In this document: positions 1-17,035 of the stretch, in pieces | How positions within the stretch are numbered: the first letter of the stretch is position 1 | How the letters are laid out: every line of letters starts with the position of its first letter | NCBI GenBank assembly: GCA_964016885.1 | Contig: OZ024741.1 | Span: 116,064,001 to 116,128,000 of the forward strand | DNA length: 64,000 bases | Direction: 5' to 3' | From: Eledone cirrhosa | Lineage: Eukaryota | Position numbers and translations under genes: made by a program | Notes under the pieces: generated by a model | The model's input: only the letters and a program-made list of their open reading frames with translations | What the model was told of the DNA's origin: nothing | Database searches by the model: none

Positions 1-283
1 GTCAACTAGATTATAATCTGTATTTGTGGTTACATATACACAAATATACTTGCCCTCATATATGTACTTACGCACACATTTTCACCATACACACGCATTT
101 GTACATACATACATATGTACATTTGTTAGTGTATATACATACATATACACACACCTAACTATATTTCCTTATATTTTTTTAATATATTTTATATGTCTAT
201 TGCATTACCTTTATTTATTTATATATATATATATTTATTTGTATTTCTTGAGGAGACTTTCCAAATATTTCACTATGTTTTAT

Positions 284-361
284 ATTGCCTTGTCCGACGA
301 ACGAATGAGGACGTTTCTTTCGTATTCGTCTTATTCGAGAAACCTCTGGTAATGAGGTAAT
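284..361 (+). ncRNA. Hammerhead ribozyme motif (type I, core variant CCGACGA) in a Penelope pLTR-like sequence; mirror copy at 5858-5935 (-)
   Basis: Stem I attgccttgt/atgaggtaat; core ccgacga; long stem II cgaatgaggacg/cgtcttattcg; GAAA; stem III acc-tct-ggt; GUA site. Confidence 0.65.
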
Positions 362-461
362 TATATTGTATTGTTTATTATACATTAAATTTTGGTCTGG
401 TACTTACATAGAGCACTCTTCACTCCTATGACTTTTTCAATTCCAACGGAAACTTCAATAC

Positions 462-545
<84 letters not shown>

Positions 546-550
546 GTATA

Positions 551-948
551 TAAAAACAAATAACGAAACGAAATTAAACTTCGTTTCGTTTGTAACTCAC
601 TTTTGTATGACTGACGCTTAAACAATTAAGTTAAAGATGTACATCCATATATGTATACTGAAATACTAGTATGTATATGAATACACACACGTATACATAT
701 GTAGATGTACCAAGTTTTTTCACTGGTCACTTTACTGTGAGTGGCCAGCTATTCTGTATGTAAACACACAGACAAACCGGTTTTTAGAGTCATACTGGTT
801 TTTGAGGAAACACCTTTCCTCTATTCTCCAGAAAGCCAGACAAGGAATATTGAACTAGTTTCGTTGTTGTTACAACTCATCAGCAATATTTACCTATCTT
901 CCGGCCTCTCTAGAGAATCGTAAAAGCACATCTTTAACTTAATTGTTT
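551..948 (-). mobile_element. Partial unit B hammerhead-bearing repeat (HHR 846-890) with short terminal inversion
   Basis: Reverse complement of the 467-bp unit at 4791-5639. 928-948 is an inverted copy of ~619-641, joined through an 'acat' microhomology. Confidence 0.85.
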
Positions 949-949
949 A

Positions 950-2795
<1,846 letters not shown>

Positions 2796-2900
2796 TTACA
2801 TTTAAGTAAGTGCCATACTAAGAGTGAGAAATGAAATTTCGTTTTCATTTTGTTTCAATTTATCGTTTTCGGTATGCCTGACCGATTTAACTCACTCAAT

Positions 2901-2908
2901 ATGCAAAT
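2901..2908 (+). promoter_or_regulatory. Octamer motif ATGCAAAT conserved in units A and B (3367, 3833; unit B 5206-5213)
   Basis: Perfect octamer within a block conserved between the diverged families (ctcac...ATGCAAATTAG.CTG...AATTTTCAT), 88-100 bp upstream of the HHR core. Function is inferred. Confidence 0.4.
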
Positions 2909-2981
2909 TAGGCTGCTCAGCCGTTAATTTTCATAAGGAAAGTATATACTTTCGAACGTTCAACTATCTGGCAGATGGGTA

Positions 2982-3026
2982 AACGGTGCTGATGATAGCT
3001 AACAAGCTTGAAACTAGTACATCGTT
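2982..3026 (+). ncRNA. Minimal type-I hammerhead ribozyme of unit A (also 3448-3492, 3914-3958)
   Basis: Stem I aacggtg/catcgtt; CUGAUGA; stem II agct-aaca-agct; GAAA; palindromic stem III ACUAGU; predicted cleavage after GUA (3019). Confidence 0.9.
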
Positions 3027-4192
3027 CCTGTGTCAGTGTTGAACAAAAAGGTGACGTGGTTGCCTTAACACCGTATGGCATAAATTCAGGCTGTTCAGTT
3101 TGTTTACAAACGAACAAAGCGACGTTAGCGCCGCTAAACTGATACGTGCATATATGTATGTGTACCTGTATGCATATGTATATATATATGTATATATATA
3201 TATATATGTGCATGCTACTGTACGTCTGTATACATATATGTATGTACGTATACATGCATACTTACATTTAAGTAAGTGCCATACTAAGAGTGAGAAATGA
3301 AATTTCGTTTTCATTTTGTTTCAATTTATCGTTTTCGGTATGCCTGACCGATTTAACTCACTCAATATGCAAATTAGGCTGCTCAGCCGTTAATTTTCAT
3401 AAGGAAAGTATATACTTTCGAACGTTCAACTATCTGGCAGATGGGTAAACGGTGCTGATGATAGCTAACAAGCTTGAAACTAGTACATCGTTCCTGTGTC
3501 AGTGTTGAACAAAAAGGTGACGTGGTTGCCTTAACACCGTATGGCATAAATTCAGGCTGTTCAGTTTGTTTACAAACGAACAAAGCGACGTTAGCGCCGC
3601 TAAACTGATACGTGCATATATGTATGTGTACCTGTATGCATATGTATATATATATGTATATATATATATATATGTGCATGCTACTGTACGTCTGTATACA
3701 TATATGTATGTACGTATACATGCATACTTACATTTAAGTAAGTGCCATACTAAGAGTGAGAAATGAAATTTCGTTTTCATTTTGTTTCAATTTATCGTTT
3801 TCGGTATGCCTGACCGATTTAACTCACTCAATATGCAAATTAGGCTGCTCAGCCGTTAATTTTCATAAGGAAAGTATATACTTTCGAACGTTCAACTATC
3901 TGGCAGATGGGTAAACGGTGCTGATGATAGCTAACAAGCTTGAAACTAGTACATCGTTCCTGTGTCAGTGTTGAACAAAAAGGTGACGTGGTTGCCTTAA
4001 CACCGTATGGCATAAATTCAGGCTGTTCAGTTTGTTTACAAACGAACAAAGCGACGTTAGCGCCGCTAAACTGATACGTGCATATATGTATGTGTACCTG
4101 TATGCATATGTATATATATATGTATATATATATATATATGTGCATGCTACTGTACGTCTGTATACATATATGTATGTACGTATACATGCATA

Positions 4193-4250
<58 letters not shown>

Positions 4251-4251
4251 C

Positions 4252-4282
<31 letters not shown>

Positions 4283-4283
4283 C

Positions 4284-4314
<31 letters not shown>

Positions 4315-4315
4315 C

Positions 4316-4358
<43 letters not shown>

Positions 4359-4427
4359 TATACATATATATATACATATATATACATATATATATACATA
4401 TATATACATATATATATATATATATAC

Positions 4428-4479
<52 letters not shown>

Positions 4480-4498
4480 GTATATATATATATGTATA

Positions 4499-4580
<82 letters not shown>

Positions 4581-4596
4581 TGTATATATATGTATA

Positions 4597-4628
<32 letters not shown>

Positions 4629-4629
4629 C

Positions 4630-4680
<51 letters not shown>

Positions 4681-4771
4681 CATATATATATATATACATA
4701 TATATATATACATATATATATATACATATATATATATACATATATATATATATACATATATATATATACAT

Positions 4772-5639
4772 ATAAACAATTAAGTTAAAGATGTGCTTTT
4801 ACGATTCTCTAGAGAGGCCGGAAGATAGGTAAATATTGCTGATGAGTTGTAACAACAACGAAACTAGTTCAATATTCCTTGTCTGGCTTTCTGGAGAATA
4901 GAGGAAAGGTGTTTCCTCAAAAACCAGTATGACTCTAAAAACCGGTTTGTCTGTGTGTTTACATACAGAATAGCTGGCCACTCACAGTAAAGTGACCAGT
5001 GAAAAAACTTGGTACATCTACATATGTATACGTGTGTGTATTCATATACATACTAGTATTTCAGTATACATATATGGATGTACATCTTTAACTTAATTGT
5101 TTAAGCGTCAGTCATACAAAAGTGAGTTACAAACGAAACGAAGTTTAATTTCGTTTCGTTATTTGTTTTTATCGTCTCCGTTGAACCGGTACTTACTCAC
5201 ACTCTATGCAAATTAGTCTGCCCACTACTAATTTTCATGGAAAAAGCATATAACGATATGTGCTTTTACGATTCTCTAGAGAGGCCGGAAGATAGGTAAA
5301 TATTGCTGATGAGTTGTAACAACAACGAAACTAGTTCAATATTCCTTGTCTGGCTTTCTGGAGAATAGAGGAAAGGTGTTTCCTCAAAAACCAGTATGAC
5401 TCTAAAAACCGGTTTGTCTGTGTGTTTACATACAGAATAGCTGGCCACTCACAGTAAAGTGACCAGTGAAAAAACTTGGTACATCTACATATGTATACGT
5501 GTGTGTATTCATATACATACTAGTATTTCAGTATACATATATGGATGTACATCTTTAACTTAATTGTTTAAGCGTCAGTCATACAAAAGTGAGTTACAAA
5601 CGAAACGAAGTTTAATTTCGTTTCGTTATTTGTTTTTAT
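4772..5639 (+). mobile_element. Tandem array of ~1.8 x 467-bp unit B (retrozyme-like)
   Basis: Period 467 (HHRs 4832-4876 and 5299-5343); flanked by (TA)n; short inverted piece at 4772-4794. Confidence 0.88.
4832..4876 (+). ncRNA. Minimal type-I hammerhead ribozyme of unit B (also 5299-5343)
   Basis: Stem I aatattg/caatatt; CUGAUGA; stem II gttg-taacaa-caac; GAAA; palindromic ACUAGU; GUU site. Confidence 0.88.
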
Positions 5640-5643
5640 ATAC

Positions 5644-5710
<67 letters not shown>

Positions 5711-5715
5711 TATAC

Positions 5716-5761
<46 letters not shown>

Positions 5762-6571
5762 TGAAGTTTCCGTTGGAATTGAAAAAGTCATAGGAGTGAA
5801 GAGTGCTCTATGTAAGTACCAGACCAAAATGTAATGTATAATAAACAATACAATATAATTACCTCATTACCAGAGGTTTCTCGAATAAGACGAATACGAA
5901 AGAAACGTCCTCATTCGTTCGTCGGACAAGGCAATATAAAACATAGTGAAATATTTGGAAAGTCTCCTCAAGAAATACAAATAAATATATATATATATAA
6001 ATAAATAAAGGTAATGCAATAGACATATAAAATATATTAAAAAAATATAAGGAAATATAGTTAGGTGTGTGTATATGTATGTATATACACTAACAAATGT
6101 ACATATGTATGTATGTACAAATGCGTGTGTATGGTGAAAATGTGTGCGTAAGTACATATATGAGGGCAAGTATATTTGTGTATATGTAACCACAAATACA
6201 GATATAATCTAGTTGACACAAATCCAGACGCAGGTTTTAGATACTTATATGCGGAAGATAAAGGGGGAAGGGAGTGTAATAGTTGAAAGAAAGTGTTATT
6301 CTCGATATATGTATAAAAATTAAACAATATGTGAGAAAGCAAAAAAGAAAGAGAAAGTAGTCAATTAACACTAGAGAAGGGAAAGAGAAGAAAAGAAGAT
6401 ACACGCGTACATACACATATATCTATAAAACATATATCTATAAGAAAATATATATATACACGCAATACGTACAGACAAAAGCGTATGCATGCGTACATAC
6501 TTACACAGGATGCACGTATACATATACATACATATCATCCCATGTATATCTAATCACACGTACGTACGCGA

Positions 6572-6619
<48 letters not shown>

Positions 6620-6622
<3 letters not shown>

Positions 6623-7032
6623 GGAGGTGAGTTTTATTGTAGTACAATAAAGCAATGCAGATATCGGATAAGAAGCACTCTACAGTTTGTGGGACTGGAG
6701 TATGCATAATATAAGATCAAAAGATGGTTAAAGGAGTTCCATATATTTTATTATGCGCATTTCAAAAACAAACATCATCAAACAATAATATTTGCGTTTT
6801 CATCAGATAAAACAGGAGAACATGATATGAAGGCTAAAAAACACTTGTTGATAGTGCAGTTGATATGTTGATTTAAAACTGCACTATCAACAAGTGTTTT
6901 TTAGCCTTCATATCATGTTCTCCTGTTTTATCTGATGAAAACGCAAATATTATTGTTTGATGATGTTTGTTTTTGAAATGCGCATAATAAAATATATGGA
7001 ACTCCTTTAACCATCTTTTGATCTTATATTAT
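6620..7032. mobile_element. Fold-back (inverted pLTR-like) non-autonomous Penelope-type element
   Basis: Arms 6706-6861 / 6877-7032, ~15-bp loop, unpaired extension on the left; (TA)n on both sides; one hammerhead per arm. Confidence 0.8.
6925..6993 (+). ncRNA. Minimal hammerhead ribozyme (mirror at 6745-6813, -)
   Basis: Stem I gttttat/ataaaat; CUGAUGA; long stem II; GAAA; palindromic AUGCGCAU; AUA site. Confidence 0.85.
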
Positions 7033-7153
7033 ATATATATATATATATATAAATGAAGTAATTCCATCGGAAAAGTCCAGGAAAAAAGAGTGCTCTATGT
7101 ATGCAACAGAGCTTAATTATTATTATTATGTAATAAACAACATAAGGCAATTA

Positions 7154-7213
7154 TTCCATTTACCAGTGGTTTCTTAAAAGCAAAAGGTTTTGCTTTCAAT
7201 CCTCAGAATGAAA
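7154..7213 (-). ncRNA. Minimal hammerhead ribozyme in a Penelope pLTR-like sequence
   Basis: Minus strand: tttcatt-CTGAGGA-ttgaaagcaaaa/ttttgcttttaa-GAAA-ccactgg-TA-aatggaa. Downstream sequence is homologous to 361-460. Confidence 0.8.
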
Positions 7214-7411
7214 AATCCTGGTTTGTTTATTGAATATGGATTCTAAAAACAAAAATGCAATCTATATGAAAGTGAGGCTGGAAAAGGGAGAAGGAAAGGA
7301 AAAATAAAATAAAACTACACATGCAAACACACACAAAAAACACAAAAGCATACTTACACACACATACACATATACACATATATATAAATGCACGCATACA
7401 CATATACATAT

Positions 7412-7497
<86 letters not shown>

Positions 7498-7797
7498 AGC
7501 GTACACCTACACACACCATATTAACACACGCAAATAAATATAAGAAAAAAATATATAAATATATATTAACAAATTTTGACAGCGATACATGCCCCAGCTA
7601 ACAGGACAGACACGCGTGGTAAGTAATACACACAAAAGCACATATACATACGTACGAAATAGTAAACACATACACACACACTCACACATAAATATACATA
7701 TACAAATACATAAACACGTACATACACATACATACACAAACACGTACACGTATACAATATAAACACACACATATGTATATGTAATTATATACACACG

Positions 7798-7847
<50 letters not shown>

Positions 7848-7850
<3 letters not shown>

Positions 7851-8010
7851 TTAATATAGATGAGATTCTACAGGACTAGAACTGTTTCATTCATTAGAAA
7901 TCATCAGGAATCTCGTCCTGTAGAATCTCATCTATATTAAAACTGTTATACTCTGCTATGTATTGAGTACCTTACTTACTGTGGTTACCTCCGATTCAAC
8001 CCGGAATAAC

Positions 8011-8012
<2 letters not shown>
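7848..8012. mobile_element. Short fold-back element with hammerhead-like core, inserted in (TA)n
   Basis: Arms ~7848-7876 / 7915-7943; CTGATGA...GAAAC...GTC on the minus strand; same family as 24678-24870. Stem I is unclear. Confidence 0.6.
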
Positions 8013-8051
<39 letters not shown>

Positions 8052-8484
8052 AAAAGTATAAACGCACACACACATATAAATACGTAATCACACATATACA
8101 TACATAGCTAAACAGTTATACACATGCAAATACGTATATATCAAAAGAACGCACAACCAAATACAAACACACACACATACACACACACACACACCCACAC
8201 ACAAACCCACACATACATAAAAATAAATAAATACACACGCACACATATATACATACATACACATACATATACATATATACATATACATACATATATATAC
8301 ACACATATATATAAATATATATATATATATATACACACATACACGTACACATACACACATGCATACACATACACACACACATATACATGTGTGTATGTGT
8401 AAAGCTCAGTATTAGATAAGACAAATGAACCTTACATAAACGTATATATAGTAGTAAAGTAATAAAGCCATACAAGGCAATTAA

Positions 8485-8542
8485 TCCATTCACCAGAGGT
8501 TTCTTAAAAGCAAAAAAATTTTTCTTCAATCTTCAGAATGAA
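8485..8542 (-). ncRNA. Degenerate hammerhead (GUG at the cleavage site, probably inactive)
   Basis: Homologous to 7154-7213: ttcatt-CTGAAGA...GAAA-cctctgg-TG-aatgga. Confidence 0.6.
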
Positions 8543-8976
8543 AAAAAGCCTGGTTTATCCACATATACATACATATACACACACAAATATACAAATATAT
8601 ACACACATACAGACACGCACACACACATATATATATATATATATATACATACACATATATATACAGACATATATACATATATATATATATACACATACAT
8701 ATATATACATACATACATATATATATATATACATACACAAACATATACGTACACATATACATACGTACACATATACATATATACACACAAAAATACATAC
8801 ACATACACATAGGTATGTGAAGGGCAAAACAAAAAGAATATATGGGGGGGGGGGGCTAAGAGGAGGTAAAAATATAAGGGGAGGTAAGGGAGAAAATTTT
8901 TTTAAATAAACAAGAGTACAGAAGGTAGAAGCAGCAAAATAAAAACCGTAGCAAAAGTAAAGAGCAGAGAAGGAGT

Positions 8977-9198
8977 TCAAGGCGGTTGATTTATCGTAGG
9001 AGTGTCAATCCAGTTACAGATCAGATGCGATTTCAGATGAGGACAGCATCTGAAGATCTCAGTCTTAGAGTTAAGGCAAGCGGAAGTGTCTCTCAAGTTT
9101 AGCAAAATCCTATACTTTTCTGTGGTACACAAAGAACAATTCTTTGTGCCCCTTTGGTACTCCCTCGAATGGTCTAATATAGACCAATCAATAGAGTA
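8977..9198 (-). pseudogene. Penelope-like element GIY-YIG C-terminal fragment (not in the ORF track)
   Basis: Manual translation YSIDWSILDHSREYQRGTKNCSLCTTEKYRILLNLRDTSACLNSKTEIFRCCPHLKSH...; WxIL, CxLCxxEK, LNxKxE and CPH motifs; followed on the same strand by hammerhead-bearing 3' sequence. Confidence 0.8.
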
Positions 9199-11565
9199 CT
9201 CTCAGTCCTCTTGCTTCTAACTGCTGTTTCCATAGCCGGAATTTATTCTCTAGCTCCTCTACTGATTCTGCTATAAGAGCCAGATCGTCAGCATAGAGAA
9301 GTTCCCATGGACAGCCAGTCTTAAACTCCTCTGTTATGGCTTGGAGGACTATAATGAACAAGAGCAGGCTGAGGACCGAACCCTGATGTACTCCTACTTG
9401 TATCTGGAATTCCTCACTAAACTCCATTCCTACCCTGACTTTACTGACAGTACCTCTGTACAAAGTTTGCACTGTCCTCACAAGCCATTCTTCAACACCT
9501 AGCTTCCTTAGGGACCACCAGATGACAGATCGGGGTACCCTATCAAAGGCCTTCTCTAGGTCAACAAAGGCTAAGTATAGTGGCTTATTCTTCTCTAAGA
9601 ACCTCTCTTGCATTTGTCTCACCAAGAAGAGGGCATCTGTTGTACTCTTCCCAGGCACAAAACCAAACTGCATCTCATCTAGTTTGACCCTTTCTCTAAT
9701 TAGTTGTGCTAAAATCCTTTCTGCCACTTTCATAACCTGATCTATCAGTTTTATACCCCTATAATTGCTCCTCTCCAAAGCATCCCCTTTACCTTTGTAG
9801 CAATTTATGAGAATACTGCTGCACCAGTCTTTGGGTATGACCCACCATATATAGCCTGATTGATGATGCGTGCAACCAGTTTAGTGCCTACGTCCCCTGA
9901 TGCCTTCAGCATCTCAGCAACTATTCCCGATGGTCCGGCCGCCTTACCATTTTTCATTTCCCTAATCGCCTCTTGGACCCTATATTCGTCAATCTCAATA
10001 GCTGGTCCCTCTGTCGGATCTACCAAGGGTAATTTCTCTCTCTCCCATTCGTTCTCCACATTCATCAGTCTCTCATAATGACATTTCCAGGCCTCCTTTT
10101 TCTGGTCATTCGTGACACTAAGTACACCGGCATCATCCCGGACACATTTATCTCCAACAACATCCTGATTTGCATTGACACACTGCCTTGCAATGTGGAA
10201 CACCGCACGCCTCTGATCTTCCCGTCGCAGAACATTGGCAAACCTCCTACTCTCTGCCTCCCTGCGTGCTAAGTACACCTGACGTCTAGCTTCTCTCTTA
10301 GTGGCTGTATATTCTTCCCTACTCCCACCCTTTTTCCAAGCCTTCCATGCTAGTCTTTTGTCTCTAATAGCCTTATCTACTGTGCTGTTCCACCACCAGG
10401 TCACTCTCTGTCTGGTTGGAGCTCTGCTCCAGCCACAGGTTTCATCAGTAGCCTGCAGCAAGTTGTCACGTAAGAACTTCCAGTTATTATCTATGTCATA
10501 CGTCTCTAAATCGTCTTCTTTTTCGTCATATACATCTTGAAGGGCTTTCCTAAATTTGTATTTTAGTGAAAGGTCTTTTAGCTTCCAGACCTTTCTTCTC
10601 CACACCTTCCTATATGTCTCATTCCATCTCTTGCTTACTGAGATATCACTAACAACTAACCTATGCTGTGGGGTACATTCTTCCCCAGGGTATGCCTTGG
10701 TATTAGACACTATCTGCCTGTCCCGCTGCCTAACTAGCAGGAAGTCAATCTGGCTTATGTGCTCACCAGATTTGTAGGTTATTAGGTGATTGGCAGGTTT
10801 CTGGAAGTTTGTGTTGCAAATAGTCAATGTACTCGCATCACAAAATTCAAGAAGTCTCACTCCTTCTTCATTTCTTGAACCGTAACCGTGCCCACCATGT
10901 CCCCAGTGTAACCATCCTGGAGCTGTCCAACATGACCATTGAAGTCTCCTGCTAGCATAACGATGTCTCCGTCCTCTGTCATTGTGGTTGTTTGCAAAAG
11001 TTGCTCATAAAAGCAGTCTTTCTCATCTTTGCCTAGGCCTGCTTGGGGAGCATAGACCGAGATGATTGTCAGTAGTCTCCTACCTACAACTAATCTAAGC
11101 TTAATTATTCGATTACTAACTCGAACTACCTCTATTGTCTTATTGATCCATTTCTCAGCCAGGAAAATGCCTACTCTCCCTAACCCATCATCCTTACCTA
11201 CCCAGAATAGCTTATAGCTAAGACGCTTGCCTACGACTAGTCTCGCAGAGGCACCTCTCCATCTCACCTCTTGCATACAGCACACATCCACCTGCCTTCT
11301 CTCCAGCATCTCCGCTATTTCAGCAGATCTACCTCTGAGAGTGCCAACATTAAGTGTTGCAACTCTGAGATGCGACGTCTTCATATTTTGTTGTTGTTCC
11401 TATGCTGTTTTGTTGCTGTGCTGATAAGCTTTTTGGCATTGATACACTGGTTGGATGCCCTTGCTAACACCAGCGCCACTTTACAGCATGGACTGCTTTT
11501 ATTTGTGCCACAGCACTACTTACTAGACTCAAGGGCCCTCTCTACCCCTCCATTTTACAGCATGG
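9199..11565 (-). mobile_element. RTE-clade LINE, frameshifted, 3'-truncated within RT (AP endonuclease + RT)
   Basis: ORFs 10857-11384 (TLNVGTL, CMQEVRW, SVYAPQ, GDFNGH), 9805-10860 and 9188-9778 (FVDLEKAFD, HQGSVLS, LLYADD). Confidence 0.93.
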
Positions 11566-11633
11566 TCATAAAAAAAAAAAAAAACTTATTGACACGACGC
11601 ACACACAAACACAAACACTCACACACCTACATA

Positions 11634-11683
<50 letters not shown>

Positions 11684-11844
11684 CATATACATATATATAT
11701 ATACATATGTATATACATGTATATATATATATATACATATGTATATATATATACATATATATATATACATATGTATATACATGTATATACATGTATATAT
11801 ATATATACATATGTATATACATGTGTATATATATATATATATTT

Positions 11845-14627
<2,783 letters not shown>

Positions 14628-14705
14628 AGAGATAGATAGATATAGATAGAGAAAAAGAAAAAGTAGGTAGTTGAGCATCAGTTGAATGACGTATCATTGA
14701 TACAT

Positions 14706-14756
<51 letters not shown>

Positions 14757-15685
14757 GCTCTAGTATTAATGTAAAGAGAGATATATGTGGTTAGGAGAGA
14801 AAACAGCCGTTATATAGAGAGAAAAAAGAAAAATGAAAAATAACCAGACATAAGCGAGGCAGAATTTAAAAACACTATGTTTCATCAATGTAGAAATATT
14901 AGTTCGTATAAAAACAGGCATTATAATGTAAATATCAGTATTCATGAATGAGACACGTATCTATAATGTGTGAAAAGTAATGATCATATGTCTAGTTTTA
15001 AAAATTCATATGTTTATATCATAACTATAAACATCGATGTGAATTTACGTGATCAGCTCTGCAAACTCCTATTTCACACGAAAACATTCTCATTGTGCTA
15101 TAAAAATTCAAGTATACATATATGTGTATATATACACACATGTGTATATATACACATATATATAGAGTCTATATTAATTTTAACAATACTATTCTTGTCT
15201 TTACTCTACATGATTATCGATCAAGCAGAAATAGAGAACAGATTTCAATATATTAATAAAAAATATCAGAAACAAAAATAAATAAACAGAAAACTAAAAA
15301 ATATTAAATATTAAAAATAAAAATTTAAATATTAAAAATATTAAAAAATATTAAAAATAATAAAAATAAAACATAGTATGCCACGCAAATCGACCACAAA
15401 GATCAACCCTTCAAAGTTAATTGACAACATATTGCCAAGTTCATTATAAGCATCAGAGTCAAAAACAGATAAAACATATTATATTCCTAGTTCTATTTCT
15501 TTTTTGGCTTTTGGAATTATTGTAATGCTTTCTATTATAGTTGTTAAGGTTGTGGCCGTAATTAAATAGTTGTTATTTTGTTTAGTTTGTCTATTATTAT
15601 CTATGTACATAATTTTATCACTATATCCTGCTCTAGCTAACGCTTCATTGTAATACTGGGCTTTTTCGTCGAAAATCTTTTTATT

Positions 15686-17035
15686 ATGCACATTATATTA
15701 TCGGCTAGGAAAACATTGATAGAATTTAATAACCAACTATGGACCAGAGCAGATAGAGATAACAATTTTGACATTACTATGGGATCATCCGACTCAGCTC
15801 AGGTAACTGACCTTGTGGGCTTATTTTTAATCAATTCGCTGCATAGGAAAATACCTGGTACTACCGGAGGTTTATATAGAGATGACATGCTTTTACTTAT
15901 TGATAATAATAACTCTGAACTAAATAGAAAAAGAAAACAAATTACACAATTTTTTAATTACTTTAATCTAAAAATAGAAATTGAGAATAACCATAGAATA
16001 GTCAATTTCCTAGATATAACATTAAATCTCAACACATGTCTTCACTATCCATTTCACAAGTTGAATGAAAACTTAAACTATGTCAGCTTTAACTCTAACC
16101 ACCCCAGATCTGTTAAAAATACTATAGTAAACTCTGTTCAAAAACGTATCTCTAGAATCTCGTCTAATAAAAAGATTTTCGACGAAAAAGCCCAGTATTA
16201 CAATGAAGCGTTAGCTAGAGCAGGATATAGTGATAAAATTATGTACATAGATAATAATAGACAAACTAAACAAAATAACAACTATTTTAATTACGGCCAC
16301 AACCTTAACAACTATAATAGAAAGCATTACAATAATTCCAAAAGCCAAAAAAGAAATAGAACTAGGAATATAATATGGTTTGCCCCCCCTTTCTCACTAA
16401 ACATTAAAACCCACATCGCTAAACTATTTTTTAAAGCTCTTGATAATCGCTTCCCTAGAACACATAGGTATCACTCAATTTTCAATAGACATACTATAAA
16501 ATTAACCTACTCATCCACCAAAAATTTAGCACAAAATATTAATAGAATAAATAATAGGAACTTAAAACCTAGCGATAATAGCGTAAATAATATCCAAGTT
16601 AACAAATGTAACTGTAGAGATAGATCTAAATGTCCGTTAAATAACAACTGCTTAGTTAAAAATATAATATACAACTGTAATGTTAAAACGGACTTTAATT
16701 CTTTTAACTACGTTGGTTCCACATCGACGGAATTTAAACTTCGCTATAATAACCACAAGAATTATTTCACAGATCCAAGCAAAAAATCTTCAACAGCACT
16801 ATCAGGCGTACTCTGGCAACTTAGGCATGATAACGTTAGATATTCGACGGCTTGAATATAGTCTCAAGAGGGATTCCTTTTAATTCATCCTCTGAGACAT
16901 GTGAACCTCTGCGCGGAGGAGATATTCTTTATACTAAAATCTAAAAATTCCCTTAATCTACGGACAAATTTATTCAGTTGCTGCAGACATAGATTGAACT
17001 CAACTTTTAAATATAAATTTAAATTTAAAATGTAG
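15686..17035 (+). pseudogene. Penelope-like RT (C-terminal half) + Cys linker + GIY-YIG endonuclease
   Basis: FDITMGSSDSAQVTDLVGL, LYRDD, FLDITL, CNCR..CPLNNNC, IIY...YVGST. Two small frameshifts near 16855-16905 restore CNLCAEE...LNLR...CCRH ending at TAG 17035. Confidence 0.9.

Larger units (their letters stand above)
2796..4193 (+). mobile_element. Tandem array of exactly 3 x 466-bp unit A (retrozyme-like)
   Basis: Period 466 (HHRs start at 2982, 3448, 3914; octamers at 2901, 3367, 3833); begins and ends at the same phase of the monomer. Confidence 0.9.

Noticed and set aside
16853-16855. In-frame TGA in the Penelope ORF as possible selenocysteine
   Set aside because: It is followed almost immediately by TAG in frame; better explained by a 1-nt deletion in a Trp codon plus a compensating insertion downstream.
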